A DNA stretch of 64,000 bases, taken from assembly GCA_951406725.2 (NCBI GenBank), contig OX597838.1, positions 28,086,001 to 28,150,000 on the forward strand. Direction: 5' to 3'. Made by a program: the position numbers and the translations under genes. The notes beneath the pieces are model-generated. The model was given only the letters and a program-made list of their open reading frames with translations, did no database searches and was not told the origin of the DNA. The stretch is from Octopus vulgaris. Its lineage: Eukaryota. The number at the start of each line of letters is the position of its first letter. Position 1 is the first letter of the stretch. Below, one piece after another: positions 50,485 to 62,975 of the stretch.

Positions 50485-53400
50485 TCACTCTTACAAGTAC
50501 CCCCTCACATGCATACATTCACATACACACACACATACTTTCATGCACTCTCTCACTCACACTCTCGTCAAGTGAAGTTTTTCATGGCACAACCATGCCT
50601 ACACCTCACATAAATATGAAGAAAAAAAAAGCCCCCCCACCGGAATTGACAACAACAACAACAAAATCCCTTTTGACTGTTACAGTGGGAACACATTAGG
50701 TCTTAAGTCTGCTTGACCGCAACTGACCTGGGACTAAACAACAAAGTTAGCTACATTGTCTCTTGCGCCTTTCCTTTTTCTATTTTTTATTTGAGTGCTT
50801 ACATGTTTGTTTTTTTTAAATAAGGTCATTTGATGATTAAAGATACGGACATGATTTTTTTATGCAACACCTGTACATATGACAACTTCTGAAGGTGACT
50901 ACCTTATGTATAATCATTGTATCATTGTCCTGCTTCTCATTCATCATGGTTTCTTTTTTTATTTCTAAATAGGCATAAATGAATTTTTACGCTAATAGAG
51001 TAAGGTGTTAGCTTGCATTACCCAGCGAGAGAGACAGAGATTGTCTGCTTCTGTAATAACCTCACATTAATGTTTCCAATCAACAAAGCAATCGAGAAAG
51101 CAGCCCGCCTTCCAATCTGGCATGGGTGGGACAGTTTGACAGGAACCGGCAAGGTAGAAGCCTGAACCAGACTTCTGTGACTGTTTTGGCAGGATTTTTA
51201 CAGCTGGATGCCCTTCCTGACACCAACCACCCAGCAGAGTAGACTTAGTGCTTTTTATAAGATACAAGCACAGGCAAGGCTTTTACAGCTGGATGCCCTT
51301 CCAGATGCCAACTACTTTACAGTGTGGGCCAGATGCTTTTTAAATAGCACCTGCACTGACAGGGTCACCAAGACAGAAATATTTTGAAAGGGGAAGGGCA
51401 TTGGAGATGATGAGCTTGTGTCAGATGATGAAAGGTTATAGTGAGACAGAGACAGAAACAGGTGTCTTGCTTTAGAGGAGGTACAAGGTTACCTGGCTGG
51501 AGAGACAGGCAGACAGACAGATCAGGAATGAAGACAGAAACAGGTGCGCTGACGCAAAGGAAATACATGGTTACCCAACCTGAGGGAAGTGCAGGTGAAG
51601 GAGAGAGAGAGAGTGTGAGGCAGCAGGATAGAGATGGTGGCAGAGTGCCGGGCATACTCACAAGGGTCAGGGATCAGAATATAAATGGGATGGTTGAGTA
51701 AAAGCAGAGAGAGATACAGATGGTGGCAAGTGCCAGAGCATACCCGTGAGGTTTGAAGGTCATAATATAAGTGGCAGGATATTGCCAAAGAGTGCGGAGG
51801 GGAAGTGAGTGGTGAAAACCTGGGTATATAGAGAATTCCACCAATGTTTAATTTGTTTACAGTTGACAACACATGCAGTCACACACAAAATGTCAGCTTC
51901 CAAATCCTGTTTTCTGATTGGGTAAAAATGATCAAACTTTAAACTTCTGTAACTTCTTTTAAAAAAAATACTTTTCAGGCAAAAAAAAAAAAAAAGTGAA
52001 CCATCTCCTGAGATTCAGTATGGAAAATTACCCCGATACATCAAATTTGAAAACTTTCACTAAACTTTGAAATTTCTATAGGTGCAGCCAGACAGAAAAG
52101 ATCTGGCCTTCTTTTCTGTAAACAACTGGTTACCTTACTTGTTAGCCCTGTTTCTGAACGGATGACATGGTATACCTGGTTTCTGGTCCCGTTTTTTTAA
52201 TACTAACAGAACAGAAACTAAGTTGTGCGATGTTTCTTTTTTTTTTTCAAACTATACATTTCTATAACTGTATAAATGTGTTACCTAAAAATCAACATAG
52301 TCATCAATATCCATCAATAATGTATAAATACTGTCCAATATATTGAATTCTTGGTCACAGTTGGCTGGCTCTGGTAAGTGTGTTAGTCAGATGGGGTTAC
52401 AAGGTCAACAATTCGTAACAAATCACTATGGTTACATTAACTAATTGCCCATATGAACTGCTGTGTAAAACAGGTTTTCTCAACATTCAATTATAAATTT
52501 TTGCCCTTGTGGGATATCACTTGGCACCAAATCCTCTCCATTTGTTAGAAAACTATGTTTTGCCTTGTTTTAGACCAACAGTTGTTAGGTTAAAACTGAG
52601 GAAATTAATAGGAAAGAATTCATTTCAATAAAACGCATCCCATCATGTATAGGACCATTTTTTTTTTTTACGTTACCCTCAAAAGACGTAAGTATGGTTG
52701 TGTGGTTAAGAAGTTTGCTTTTCAACCATATGGTTCCGAGTTCAGTCTCACTGTGGGGCACCTGGCACTGTGGACAAGTGTTTTTCTACAATAGCTGTTT
52801 CTTTACTACCCACAAGGGGCTAAACACAGAGAGGACAAAGCAGGACAGACAAACGGATTAAGTCGATTACATCGACCCCAGTGCGTGACTGGTACTTAAT
52901 TTATCGACCCCGAAAGGATGAAAAGCAAAGTCGACTTTGGCGGAACTTGAACACAGAACGTAACGGCAGGCGAAATACGGCTATGCATTTTGTCCGGAGT
53001 GCTAACGTTTCTAGCAGTTCGCCCAATAGCCCCAGGCTGACCAAAGCTTTACAAGTGGGTTTGTATGACTGAAACTGAAAGAAGCCCATCATGCATGCAT
53101 GCATGTGTGTGTGTGTGTGTATGCATGCACATACACGCGCATGTGTGTTTGTATCTGTCTTTTACATGTCATTGCCTGGTAGTTGTAAATGAGTGTCACT
53201 CTCATGCAAGCTGTGTTCTTCATTTCCAATATTCTGTGAAGGCATGTCTGGTCTCTAAAAAGTATTACCTCCCTTGGAAGCATGAGGGTTGGCAACAGGA
53301 AAGGCTTCCAGCTATAGAAGATCTGCCTCAGTAAACTCCATCTGACCTGGGCAAGCTTGGAAAAGGGGCCATTAAAATACTGCTATCAGTGTGTGTGTAT

Positions 53401-53791
53401 GTGTGTGCATGTGTGAGTGTGTGTGTTGTTGCTGTTGTTGCTGCTGTTGATGATGATGATGATAATCAGCTTCATTGTTACTCCGAGCTTCTCAATTTCT
53501 GCAAGTAACAAATAATGTCTGATAATGTATTTAGTACTCTTTCTTTTGTTTGTACTCACAAACCTGTGTGTGTGTGTGTGTGTGGTGGGAGGAGGAAGGG
53601 TCAACAGATTGTTAGATGTAAACACAGATGTAATCATGCACAGATTTAGAGCAATATTATTATGTGTATGTATGTGTGTGTGTGTGTAGGATAAATTCTT
53701 AATCATAATGTACATGGTGTGGCTTAGTGATGGCAGTGGGGATGGTGGTGGTAAATGTGAGTGTTGATGATGATGATGGTGGTGGTGGTAG

Positions 53792-54022
53792 TTGAGCTGG
53801 CAGAAATGTTAGCACGCCGGACGAAATGCATAGCCGTATTTTGTCTGCCACTACGTTCTGAGTTCAAATTCCGCCGAGGTCGACTTTGCCTTTCATCCTT
53901 TCGGGGTCTATTAAATAAGTACCAGTTTTGCACTGGGGGGTCGATATAATTGACTTAATCCGTGAATCTGTCCTTGTTTGTCCTCTCTGTGTTTAGCCCC
54001 TTGTGGGTAGTACAGAAATAGG
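53792..54022 (+). mobile_element. Young SINE-B (others at 3148-3310 -, 15453-15670 +, 19771-19925 +, 48980-49195 +, 52797-53025 -, 59752-59992 -, 62976-63170 -)
   Basis: Near-consensus family B with CpGs retained. Confidence 0.85.
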
Positions 54023-54329
54023 TAGTTGATAGTGGTGAGTGGGTGTGTAGGTGGTTGTAGTTGCCAATAGTGGTGGTGAATGAGGGTGTTAGTGGTAGTT
54101 GCTGGCGATGATGGTGGTGGGAAATCAGGTTTTGCTTCTAGTCTCCCAAAACACTTTAGTCACTCCCCACTGCACCCCTTACAAGAATCAAGCAACAACA
54201 GGCAGTGCCCTTGATCCCCACCCCAAGCAGCTACTAGGAAATAATACAAGTATAACCCTAATTATTTATTAGGCTGTTTGGGAAACATTTCTGCTTCTAC
54301 ACACACACACACACACACACACATACACA

Positions 54330-54384
<55 letters not shown>

Positions 54385-55629
54385 AGGAAAATATGTGCAG
54401 GAAATGGTTTTTGAAAACCAAACAAAAAAAAGTGTGTGAAAAAATTAAATGTGTCACCAGCACCTCCACAACCACCCTCACTACCCCCACCATCACCATC
54501 CACCCAGTTCATGAGATGATGTCAGGTTTCAATTCAAGTCAAGTATGAGTAAAATTCAGACTCCAAGGACCCCCCCCCCCACACACACACACTGGTGTTG
54601 GTCTGAGAGGAAAGTGGCCGGCAGTAACAAGTTGTCGACCTATTTCAGAGTTAAAATTCTTATAATCTCTATTTTTATTTATATATGTGTTTTTTTCTAA
54701 ATAGTTTTTCTCAGTAGACTTGTGTCCATTCTAAGGTGACACAACCCTTACAGGTGGTAGTCAATCATATCGACCCTGGGAGTTAATCATTTTTCCGTTT
54801 GGTGTTTATTTTATCAGTCTGTCTGTTTATCGATCGGTGAGGTGCACCTACCCTTTCTCCACTCATAGATACAGGATAAAGGAAAGGCAAGTCGGTATGT
54901 TTGCAACATCCATGGAGCCAAAGGGGATCCCAGATATTGGTTAAGTATAATCATGCATATCTGCCTCCAGATTCCCTGCTCCAGCTTTCCTTTAGGAGTT
55001 TAATCCCTTAACCATTTTTTTTTTTTTTTTTTGAATACTAAATAAATTAACATCAAGGTAGCAGGGCTTATTTTAGTGGAAATGGTTTGTGCCGAACCAG
55101 TCACACTCTCTCATCCTTCCAGCTTGTATTGGTCTGGTGCAACAAGAGCCTAGTAATTATAAGGATGCATGATTTGTATGGAATTACCTTCTCTTGGACG
55201 AGTCCCAAAAGAGCTGAAGGGCTTCATCTGCCTTGGCTCCATTGGTGTGTCTGTGAGTGGCCTTCTTTTGGAGCCAGTTCTATGATATTTTAATTAAGCT
55301 ATAGCTGGGATCCTGACCCTGCTACCCCAGGTCTGAGTAGACCTAGATTGTATCCTGGAGAAAATATCCACCTGGTTGATTAACAAGGGGTTGCTCATCA
55401 AGACACTAGCCTCCAGCCCAAAGATGTGCTGTGTCCTCTCATTGCCCTTTTTCAGTCACTTTTGCTCCTTAGCGGTGGTTTTTCTAATGGTATCTCCACT
55501 CATTCAAGCCTTCATATTCCTTGTCTCATCTTCTCTTCTCTCAGTCATATTCTGTTTATTCCACAAGGTCCACATTGCCACATGTTTTTCCTGCAGGAAT
55601 TCATGTTATTCAAGGTGACACAAACCCTA

Positions 55630-56168
55630 CTTGTGAAGACCTGTTGAGGCAAGTGAAAATCAAAATCAAAATCGAAATCGATCAACATCAATGGAAATTG
55701 TAGCTGTGATACCAGTGCCGGTGGCATGTAAGAGAACCATCCGAACGTGGCCGTTGCCAGCGCCACCCAGACTGGCCTCCGTGCCGGTGGCACATAAAAA
55801 GCACCATCTGATTGTGGCCATTGCCGGCCTCATCTGGCCCCCGTGCCGGTGGCACATAAAAAGCACCATCTGATTGTGGCCATTGCCGGCCTCATCTGGC
55901 CCCCGTGCCGGTGGCACGTAAAAAGCACCATCTGATCGTGGCCGTTTGCCAGCCTCGTCTGGCACCTGTGCAGGTGGCACGTAAAAAGCACCCACTACAC
56001 TCACAGAGTGGTTGGCGTTAGGAAGGGCATCCAGCTGTAGAAACACTGCCAGATCAGATTGGAGCCTGGTGCAGCCATCTGGCTTCCCAGACCCCAGTTG
56101 GAACCGTCCAACCCATGCTAGCATGGAAAACGGACGTTAAACGACGATGATGATGATGATGATGATGA
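55630..56168 (+). mobile_element. Long family C copy with an internal 62-bp tandem array
   Basis: Unit gtgccggtggcacataaaaagcaccatctgattgtggccattgccggcctcatctggcccc starts at 55781, 55843, 55905 and 55968. A similar copy lies at 63675-64000. Confidence 0.75.
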
Positions 56169-57596
56169 TTAACAGCATCTCCTTCATTGTGTGTGTGTGT
56201 GTGTGTGTGTGTGTGCATGTATGTGCACTCACACATGCACACAGTACTGTCTGTTTGTATGTCTATCTGTCTTTTTTGTGTATCTATCTGGTTGGCATTA
56301 GGAAGGGCATCCAGCTGTAGAACCCTTGGTAAAACAGACACTTGGAGCCTGGTGCAGCTCGTCAGCTCCTGTCAATCCATCCAACCCATGCCAGCATGGA
56401 AAAGGGGGCATTAAATGATGATGACGATCTATTTACTCCTCTATCTTTATATCACATCTTTGTCCACTTGTACCCATGCACCCACCCACCCACACACACA
56501 CTTAAAGACTACTTTAATCACTTACCATTGACCATAACTAGATAACAGCAATATACAGTGGCTGAAGTGTTTTAATTAGTATCTTTTGGAACACTTCAGT
56601 GGGAACCAGAACAATACTAAGAACTGTGTGTGTGTGTGTGCACGTGTGTGTGTATGTGTTTGTGTGTGTGTGCTCAGCGGAAACCACTCTACTAATACCG
56701 GGTCTTCAATACCCACCAACACAAATGACTCCTTCAGACCCATTGTCTTGTAATTGGGTGGAATCTGATGCCTGTGGTAATTGTCCAAGCAACAGCAACA
56801 ATCTCTCAAGGAAGTGATTTATTTCTTGAGTGTGGTGGGGCTGGTGGAGGTGATGGAGGTTGTGTGTGGAGGGATCTTCCTCCTCTTGATCTTGTTTGAA
56901 ATATGATTCCAAGGGATGCTTGTTTCTGCTGTTTTGTTATCGTGGGTTTATTTGTTGTTGTCGTTGTTGTTGTTGTGAGTTAGTAATCACTTCTTGTCCA
57001 ACACCAACCATTTCCGAGTGAGTTATCGAGCATCGACTCAGATTATTCATTCTTCCGTTACAGTTTCTTTACAACGGGTGACAACGAAGAGGATAATGAT
57101 GCCTAGTGATGGATGGTGATGAAGTCAGGAAGTGGTGGTGGTGGTAATTGTTATAGTGTTGATATGATAACAGTTGTGGCAGACACGATGATAAGGCTAG
57201 TGATAAAGGTGATGTTAGATGGTTATAGCAATGGTGGTGTTGGTATTAATATGATTGTGACTGTATTGGGCATGATAGTGATGCTGCTAATGATTGTTGT
57301 TGTTGTTAAGCAACAAGCCGGGTAAGGGTGATTAGTTTATGGTCTAGGGCTTAGGGGCAGGAGACCCCAGACCTTGGAAAAAAAACTTTGGTCGTCTTGT
57401 AGTCGAGGGCTCTTCGTTGATGCCCGACACCACTGGGATGTGGCCCTCGAAGTCGCTGGAAATGGAGATCTCCAGGTTCAAATTCTTGAACAGCTGCTGC
57501 TGATGATGATGCTAGTGATAATATAAGGATAATGCTAGTGTTGATGATGATGATAGTGGTGATATCACTGCTGGATCAGGCTTTGCTCCTTCAGTA

Positions 57597-57884
57597 CAGT
57601 GACTCTCAACCCTTTTTTTTACCTACAGACCCCTTTGATACCTCTTTCGTTCAGAGAGTGGAACCCTCATAGCCATTAGATGTCTAAGAACTCCCATCAT
57701 ATTTTCATGATTTAAAGATTATTTGCAATTGTATAAAAAAAAAACTTCAAATAATTTTGTCTTGCAGAAATATAATCTGTTTATTGCACATAAATTTCAG
57801 CAACAAAATTTTATATAGACCACCTCCCTGCAGGGGTCATAAGGATCCCCAGGGGCCATTATGGATCCTGCTTGAGAATCACTG
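57597..57884. mobile_element. hAT-type MITE
   Basis: TIRs cagtgactctcaa / ttgagaatcactg; degenerate 8-bp TSD cttcagta / ctttggta. Confidence 0.75.
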
Positions 57885-57988
57885 CTTTGGTAGAAAGGAT
57901 TATTACAATGATAAATCTGATGATTTTGATATGATAATGTAGATGGGTGACATGATAGTGTTGATTCCACTAGCGATAATATCAGTGA

Positions 57989-58360
57989 CTAGCAGTATCG
58001 CCCGGCGTTGCTCAGGTTTGTAAGGGAAATAACTATAAAGCATTTTTAGAGAGTTATAGCCAAAAAATAGCAAAAAAATGGGAAAAAAATGATGGTAAAT
58101 TTTTTTTGAGAGTTAAAAAGGTGGAGTTGCGTCCCCTAGACGGTCTGTGGTTTGGGTTTCTGATTCTCGACCCCATGTCGAATTTATCGATTTTTTTCAG
58201 AACTGGGGGAACTTTTCAAAATTTTCGCTGCGTTAGTTTTGAATTATGACATTGGGCTATGTGTGTGTCAAGTTTCATCAGAATCGGTTGAAAGCCGTGG
58301 TCAGAGTGAGGGTACGAGAAAACAGACACACAGAAAACGCACAGACAAACTGCCGTTAAT
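57989..58360 (-). mobile_element. Non-autonomous Helitron
   Basis: Minus-strand 3' end gagcaacgccgggcgatactgCTAG|t with a subterminal GC hairpin, and a 5' aacggcagtttgtctgtg motif. A matching 3' end also occurs on + at 15853-15885. Confidence 0.7.
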
Positions 58361-58398
58361 ATCAGTGATGACGATGACAGTAATTTTATAAACAAACA

Positions 58399-58562
58399 TA
58401 GGCACAGGCATGGCTGTGTGGTAAAAAGCTTGCTTCCCAACCACATGGTTCCAGGTTCAGTCCCACTGCGTGGCACTTTGGGCAAGTGTCTTCTACTATA
58501 GCCTCGGGCTGACCAAAGCCTTGTGAGTGGATTTGGTAGACGGAAACTCAAAGAAGCCTGTC

Positions 58563-58597
<35 letters not shown>

Positions 58598-58800
58598 TGT
58601 GTATCTGTGTTTGTCCCTCCACCATTGCTTGACAACTGATGTTGGTATGTTTATCTCCCTGTAGCTTAGTGTTTCGGCAAAAGACACCAATAGAATAAGT
58701 ACTAGGCTTACAAAGAATAAGTCCTGGGGTCGATTTGTTCAACTAAAGGCAGTGTTCCAGCATGGCCGCAGTCAAATGACTGTATCAAATAAAAGAATAA
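58399..58800 (+). mobile_element. SINE family A, full length (further partial copies at 42250-42566, 43690-43900, 46200-46555, 47415-47510, 62435-62550)
   Basis: Family A consensus. Confidence 0.85.
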
Positions 58801-59227
58801 ACCTGATACTGGGTTTCTACTCTGTAGGTTCAAAAAGGTTGCTTCATTATTGGCTTATAGAACTGAGAAATTGGCACCAGTACAGAAACATTAAGCCTCA
58901 AGTTACAGCTATATCCTAAGATCAATTCTTTTTGTGGGGTTTGGGGGAATAGAGTTGACCCTAAGGTTTGTGACCTTCAGTCAACCCTGCTGGTGCAAAA
59001 GGGGATCCAAGATTATGTGCCAACTGAGAGGATTATGTCTTGAGGTCTTACCTGCATCCTGGGCTTGTGCCTTATCCAGCAGCAAGCCCCTACCGACTGA
59101 TTTTCTTTTGTTACCCCCACCTGTATCTGCCAAAGCAGGAGTTAACGAACATAAAACCATAACGGACAGAGAAACGTCACTCAAATTTATAATAAGATGT
59201 GTATCTTTTTTTTGCTTCTCTTTACAG

Positions 59228-59301
59228 ATATTCAGAATAAGAAGCCTGTTGTTTGCCAATTTGCCAATCCTTTGCCTGATGACAGCCACAAGAGAACTGA
59301 A
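59228..59301 (+). CDS. MLXIP: Next Mondo/ChREBP coding exon (74 nt, phase 1 to phase 0)
   Basis: Acceptor tttttttgcttctctttacag| and donor gaa|gtaagt. Joins the previous exon in frame (t+at=Y) to give YIQNKKPVVCQFANPLPDDSHKRTE, matching recalled ChREBP YVKRRKSPVCGFVTPL...AHRKPE. Confidence 0.93.
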
Positions 59302-59334
59302 GTAAGTTTTATTTGTTTACTTAGGTTTTTATGT

Positions 59335-59672
59335 GAAGGTGTATGGCTCAGTGGTTAGAGTGTCGGGCTGTCAATCATGAGGTTGTGAGTTCGATTCCCT
59401 GACCGAGCTGTGTGTTGTGTTCTTGAGCAAGACACTTCATTTCATGTTGTTCTATTTCACTCAGCTGTAGAAATGAGTTGTGACGTCACTGGTGCCGAGC
59501 TGTATCGGCCCCTTTGCCTTTCCCTTGGATAACATCAGTGGCATGGAAAGGGGACACTGGTATGCATGGATGACTGCTGGCCTTCCATAAACAACCTTGT
59601 CTGGACTTGTACCTTGGAGGGGAACTTCCTAAGTGCAATCCCATGGCCCTTCATGACCGAAGGGTATCTTTA
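59335..59672 (+). mobile_element. tRNA-derived SINE family G (second copy 42605-42941 -)
   Basis: A-box tggctcagtggttaga, B-box gagttcgattcc, cttgagcaagacact CORE-like segment and tail catgaccgaaggg. Related heads occur at 4870-5190 (-) and 45335-45595 (+). Confidence 0.75.
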
Positions 59673-59991
59673 TCCTTTATGCTTTTATATTTATTTATCT
59701 CTTTGCCCATATCAGGGTTGAAATCATGTAATGCCCTCAGCACCCCTTAACCTATTTCTATTTCTTTACTACCCACAAGGGGCTAAACACAGAGGGGACA
59801 AACAAAGACAGACAAACAGATTAAGTCGATTGTATCGACCCCAGCGTGTAACTGGTACTTATTTCATCGACCCCGAAAGGATGAAAGGCAAAGTCGACCT
59901 CGGCGGAATTTGAACTCTGAACGTAACGACAGACGAAATACGGCTAAGCGCATTTCGCCTGGCGTGCTAACGTTTCTGCCAGCTCGCCGCC

Positions 59992-60219
59992 TTAACCCTT
60001 TAGCATTTAAACCGGCCATGTCCAGCCCATATATTCTACCCCTTTTATGTTCAAGCTTACCAGATCTGTCCTCTCACACCTACCCTACAATGTCAATCTA
60101 AAGATAAACAAATACATCATTGAAATCTCAAAGCCACGAGATAAGCAGGATTAATTCAAAAACACTTTGAATAAATAGGAATTACATTTGACAGAATAAA
60201 CTGAATGCTAAAGGGTTGA
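59992..60219. mobile_element. piggyBac-like TTAA MITE family D (others at 2375-2602, 10040-10220, 13010-13200, 20086-20308, 28885-29111, 36243-36431, 62564-62791)
   Basis: ttaaccctttagcatt...aatgctaaagggtt(a)a termini, ~225 bp, with a shared body. Confidence 0.8.
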
Positions 60220-60312
60220 GGCTGCTAGTGGTTTTGTTACAGGCCAGGGGAAGCTGTGTTCAGTTGATCTTTAGATAATAAGCTCCAACTGATACCAGAC
60301 TTTATTTGATAA

Positions 60313-60492
60313 CTAAAAGTATTGACAGATCCTTTATGTGATAAACCCCTAAATTTTGATATTTCCCTATGTGATGAACCCAAAATGTTGACAGTCCCCT
60401 TTGTAGTAAACCTAAAATATTGACGGTCCCCTTAGTGATAAACTCAAAATGTTGACAGTCTCCTATCTAATGAACCTAAAATGTTGACAGTG
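60313..60492. repeat. 32-bp minisatellite, ~5.5 units
   Basis: aaaat(g/a)ttgac at 60382, 60414, 60446 and 60478. Confidence 0.85.
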
Positions 60493-60633
60493 CCACACAG
60501 CTTGCTGGGCTAAGACCACCTTTAATTGTGAAGGGTTACTTTAGAGAATAGGGTACAGAACAGGTTTGTTTTCCTTTTGCTGCAGAGAATCCATACAGCT
60601 CTCCCTCCCTCTCTCTGTATGCATGCATGTATG

Positions 60634-60667
<34 letters not shown>

Positions 60668-60709
60668 CTTGCATTTGTATATGTGTGTGTATATATGTAT
60701 GTGTATATA

Positions 60710-61061
60710 TCTATGTGTATATATATATAAACGGCAAAATGTCTGTGTGTGTGTATCTTTTATACAAATCCACAATTTTTCAGTTAGAGGGATTGCACTT
60801 TCTATGGTGATCGTGGTCGTGCACATCTTTACATTTCCCCAGTCACCCCGCAAAGCCATTAAAAAAATCAATAGAAGTGACTTTTTTGTGAATTTTCTAT
60901 CCAAAACCCAATCAAAATGCCCAAAACTTGATACACCAATTGAATGCCAGCTAGCTGTATGTGATTGGTCGGAGATTTGGACAGTACTTGCGTGTATGTG
61001 CGCGCACACACAGCTGCGTGCACTAGCACTACGACCTGGTGTTGCCGGGTCATAGTGCTAG
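60710..61061 (+). mobile_element. Non-autonomous Helitron (A|TC...CTAG|T)
   Basis: 5' tctatgtgtatatatatataaacggcaaaatgtctgtg and 3' gccgggtcatagtgCTAG|t with a hairpin. Confidence 0.7.
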
Positions 61062-62861
61062 TATAGATGTATATATGAAATATATAAAGATGGTGTATCC
61101 TTATAACAAAGGATGTTCCCAATCTTTCTTCATCAATATTGTTGATGTTGCAGTATTTATTTATGCTCCTTCACCACCACCACCACTACCACCATCACAA
61201 CTATATGTTTGTAGGACTGAATCAAAAATACACGGTTCTCCCCACTCCCCCCTTATAATCTCATCATTCTAATTAGCTAAGCTGAAACAGTTCCCAACCC
61301 CAGCACACACACACACTTGTCAGTGTGTGTTGTTACATCAGTATTAGAAGCCCAGATCTTTTTGGCATCCTATCTACACTTGGTGCCACGACACGACCTT
61401 TGGGGGTCAACCTTCTTAGCTTATCTTGCACAGTGGAGAAACACACAACAAAAACACAAACACAAAAAGCTCCACTTCCTCAATAGAAAACAGCAGCCCT
61501 TCTGTTTATCATTCTACTCCCATCACCCCCCCTCTTGCGGTTCCTTTACTCCCCCACCACCACACATCTCCTCTTCCTCCTTCAGTGTAGAGTCATTTTT
61601 CTCCTCCTCCTCCTCTTCTTTTTCTTCTCAATTATTTTTCCTAGGTTTCTTTATCTTCTCAATCTCCGTCATCATCATCATCGTTATCACCATTAGCGTT
61701 ATTGTCATCATCATCATTATAATCATCACAACCACCATCACCACCACCACCATTATCATTGGCATCATCATCATCAGCGTCATTGTGGTCATCCTCATCA
61801 GCATCCTTTTCTCAATAGCTTCTTCCTGATCTTACCCCCTTTTCCCCCCTCTCCTGCCACTTCTGTTTTCCCCTTGTTCTCACTCCTCCACCTGCACCTC
61901 CCAATATGGTCTCCTCCTACTTCTCAGCGTGTGTGTGTGTGTGTGTGTGTGTGTATTTATCTCTCCACCACCACCACATTACTTCTTCCTCATCTTCATC
62001 TCCCCCCCCTTCCTCGCTGACTTATTTCTATGTCCATTCCACCCCCACCTCTCTTCCTCCTCTTCTTCCCTCCATCTAACTCTCTTTCCTTTCTTATCTC
62101 TTTCTCCTGTTCACCCACCTCTTACTCCCCTCACTCTCCTCCCTTGCTCCCTCTCTCCTTTATCTCCTACCTTACTCCCTCTCTCCTCTCCCTCTCCTCC
62201 TTTCTCCCCTCTCTTTTCCCCCTCTTACATGTACCCCTGCCTTTCTGCTACTACTGTGACCTCTCCTCTCTATCATTTATCTTACATCCATCATTTCCTC
62301 CTACTACTTACTGTCTTCCTACTCCCTCTATACCTCATTGCTTCACACTTTTTTATGAACTTCCTCAGTAATGACCAAAACTCATCATCATTCTAATTAT
62401 TTAACTGAAACAGTATCATATCCCCAACATACATGCCTGGAAACCACGTGGTTTCGGGTTCAATCCCACACTGTGGCACCATGGGTATATGCTTCTTAGC
62501 ATGACCTGGAGTCAGCCAGAAGTGTTGTGGATGGAATTCTTGCGAGATGGACGGGTGATAGACTTAACCCTTTAGCATTCACCTTACTCTGTCAAATGCT
62601 TATTTATTCCCATAGTTTTGAATTTTTTTCAGGCATTATCTTGTAGCTTTGAGATTTTGATCAGGTAACCTATTTATTTTTGGAATAACCTTGTAGGATT
62701 GGTGTGAGAGGCCAGAACAGATTTTGGTTTGAACATAAAACGGGTAGAATTTTTTGGCTGGATATGGCTGGTTTAAATACTAAAGGGTTAATCAGTGGAT
62801 GGTTTAACACCATCACCACTTTGGCCCCTTGGGTGTCTTTAGCAGAGTGGATCCTCTACAG

Positions 62862-62975
62862 CAGTGCTACTCAAAGTGGTGGTCCATGGACCGGCGCCGA
62901 TCTACGAGCCATCAGCTACCAGTATGTGGCGAGTTTCCAGAAAAGAAAGAAACATTATAAAATGCTTATGTAATA
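62862..62975 (+). mobile_element. hAT-like terminus (one end only)
   Basis: cagtgctactcaaagtggtggtcc resembles hAT/Charlie termini; interrupted by a SINE-B copy. Confidence 0.45.

Noticed and set aside
57310-57500. CpG-rich block with a cgagggc/gccctcg stem and a (gct/gat)n tail, considered as a ribozyme
   Set aside because: No HDV or hammerhead topology could be assembled; more likely the 3' end of a young retroelement present once here.
58934-59305. 123-aa ORF overlapping the Mondo exon
   Set aside because: Wrong frame; the spliced phase-1 frame gives the conserved Mondo peptide.
60313-60492. 32-bp periodic repeats resembling a CRISPR array (also the 62-bp and 94-bp arrays)
   Set aside because: Head-to-tail tandem units without unique spacers, eukaryotic context and no cas genes.
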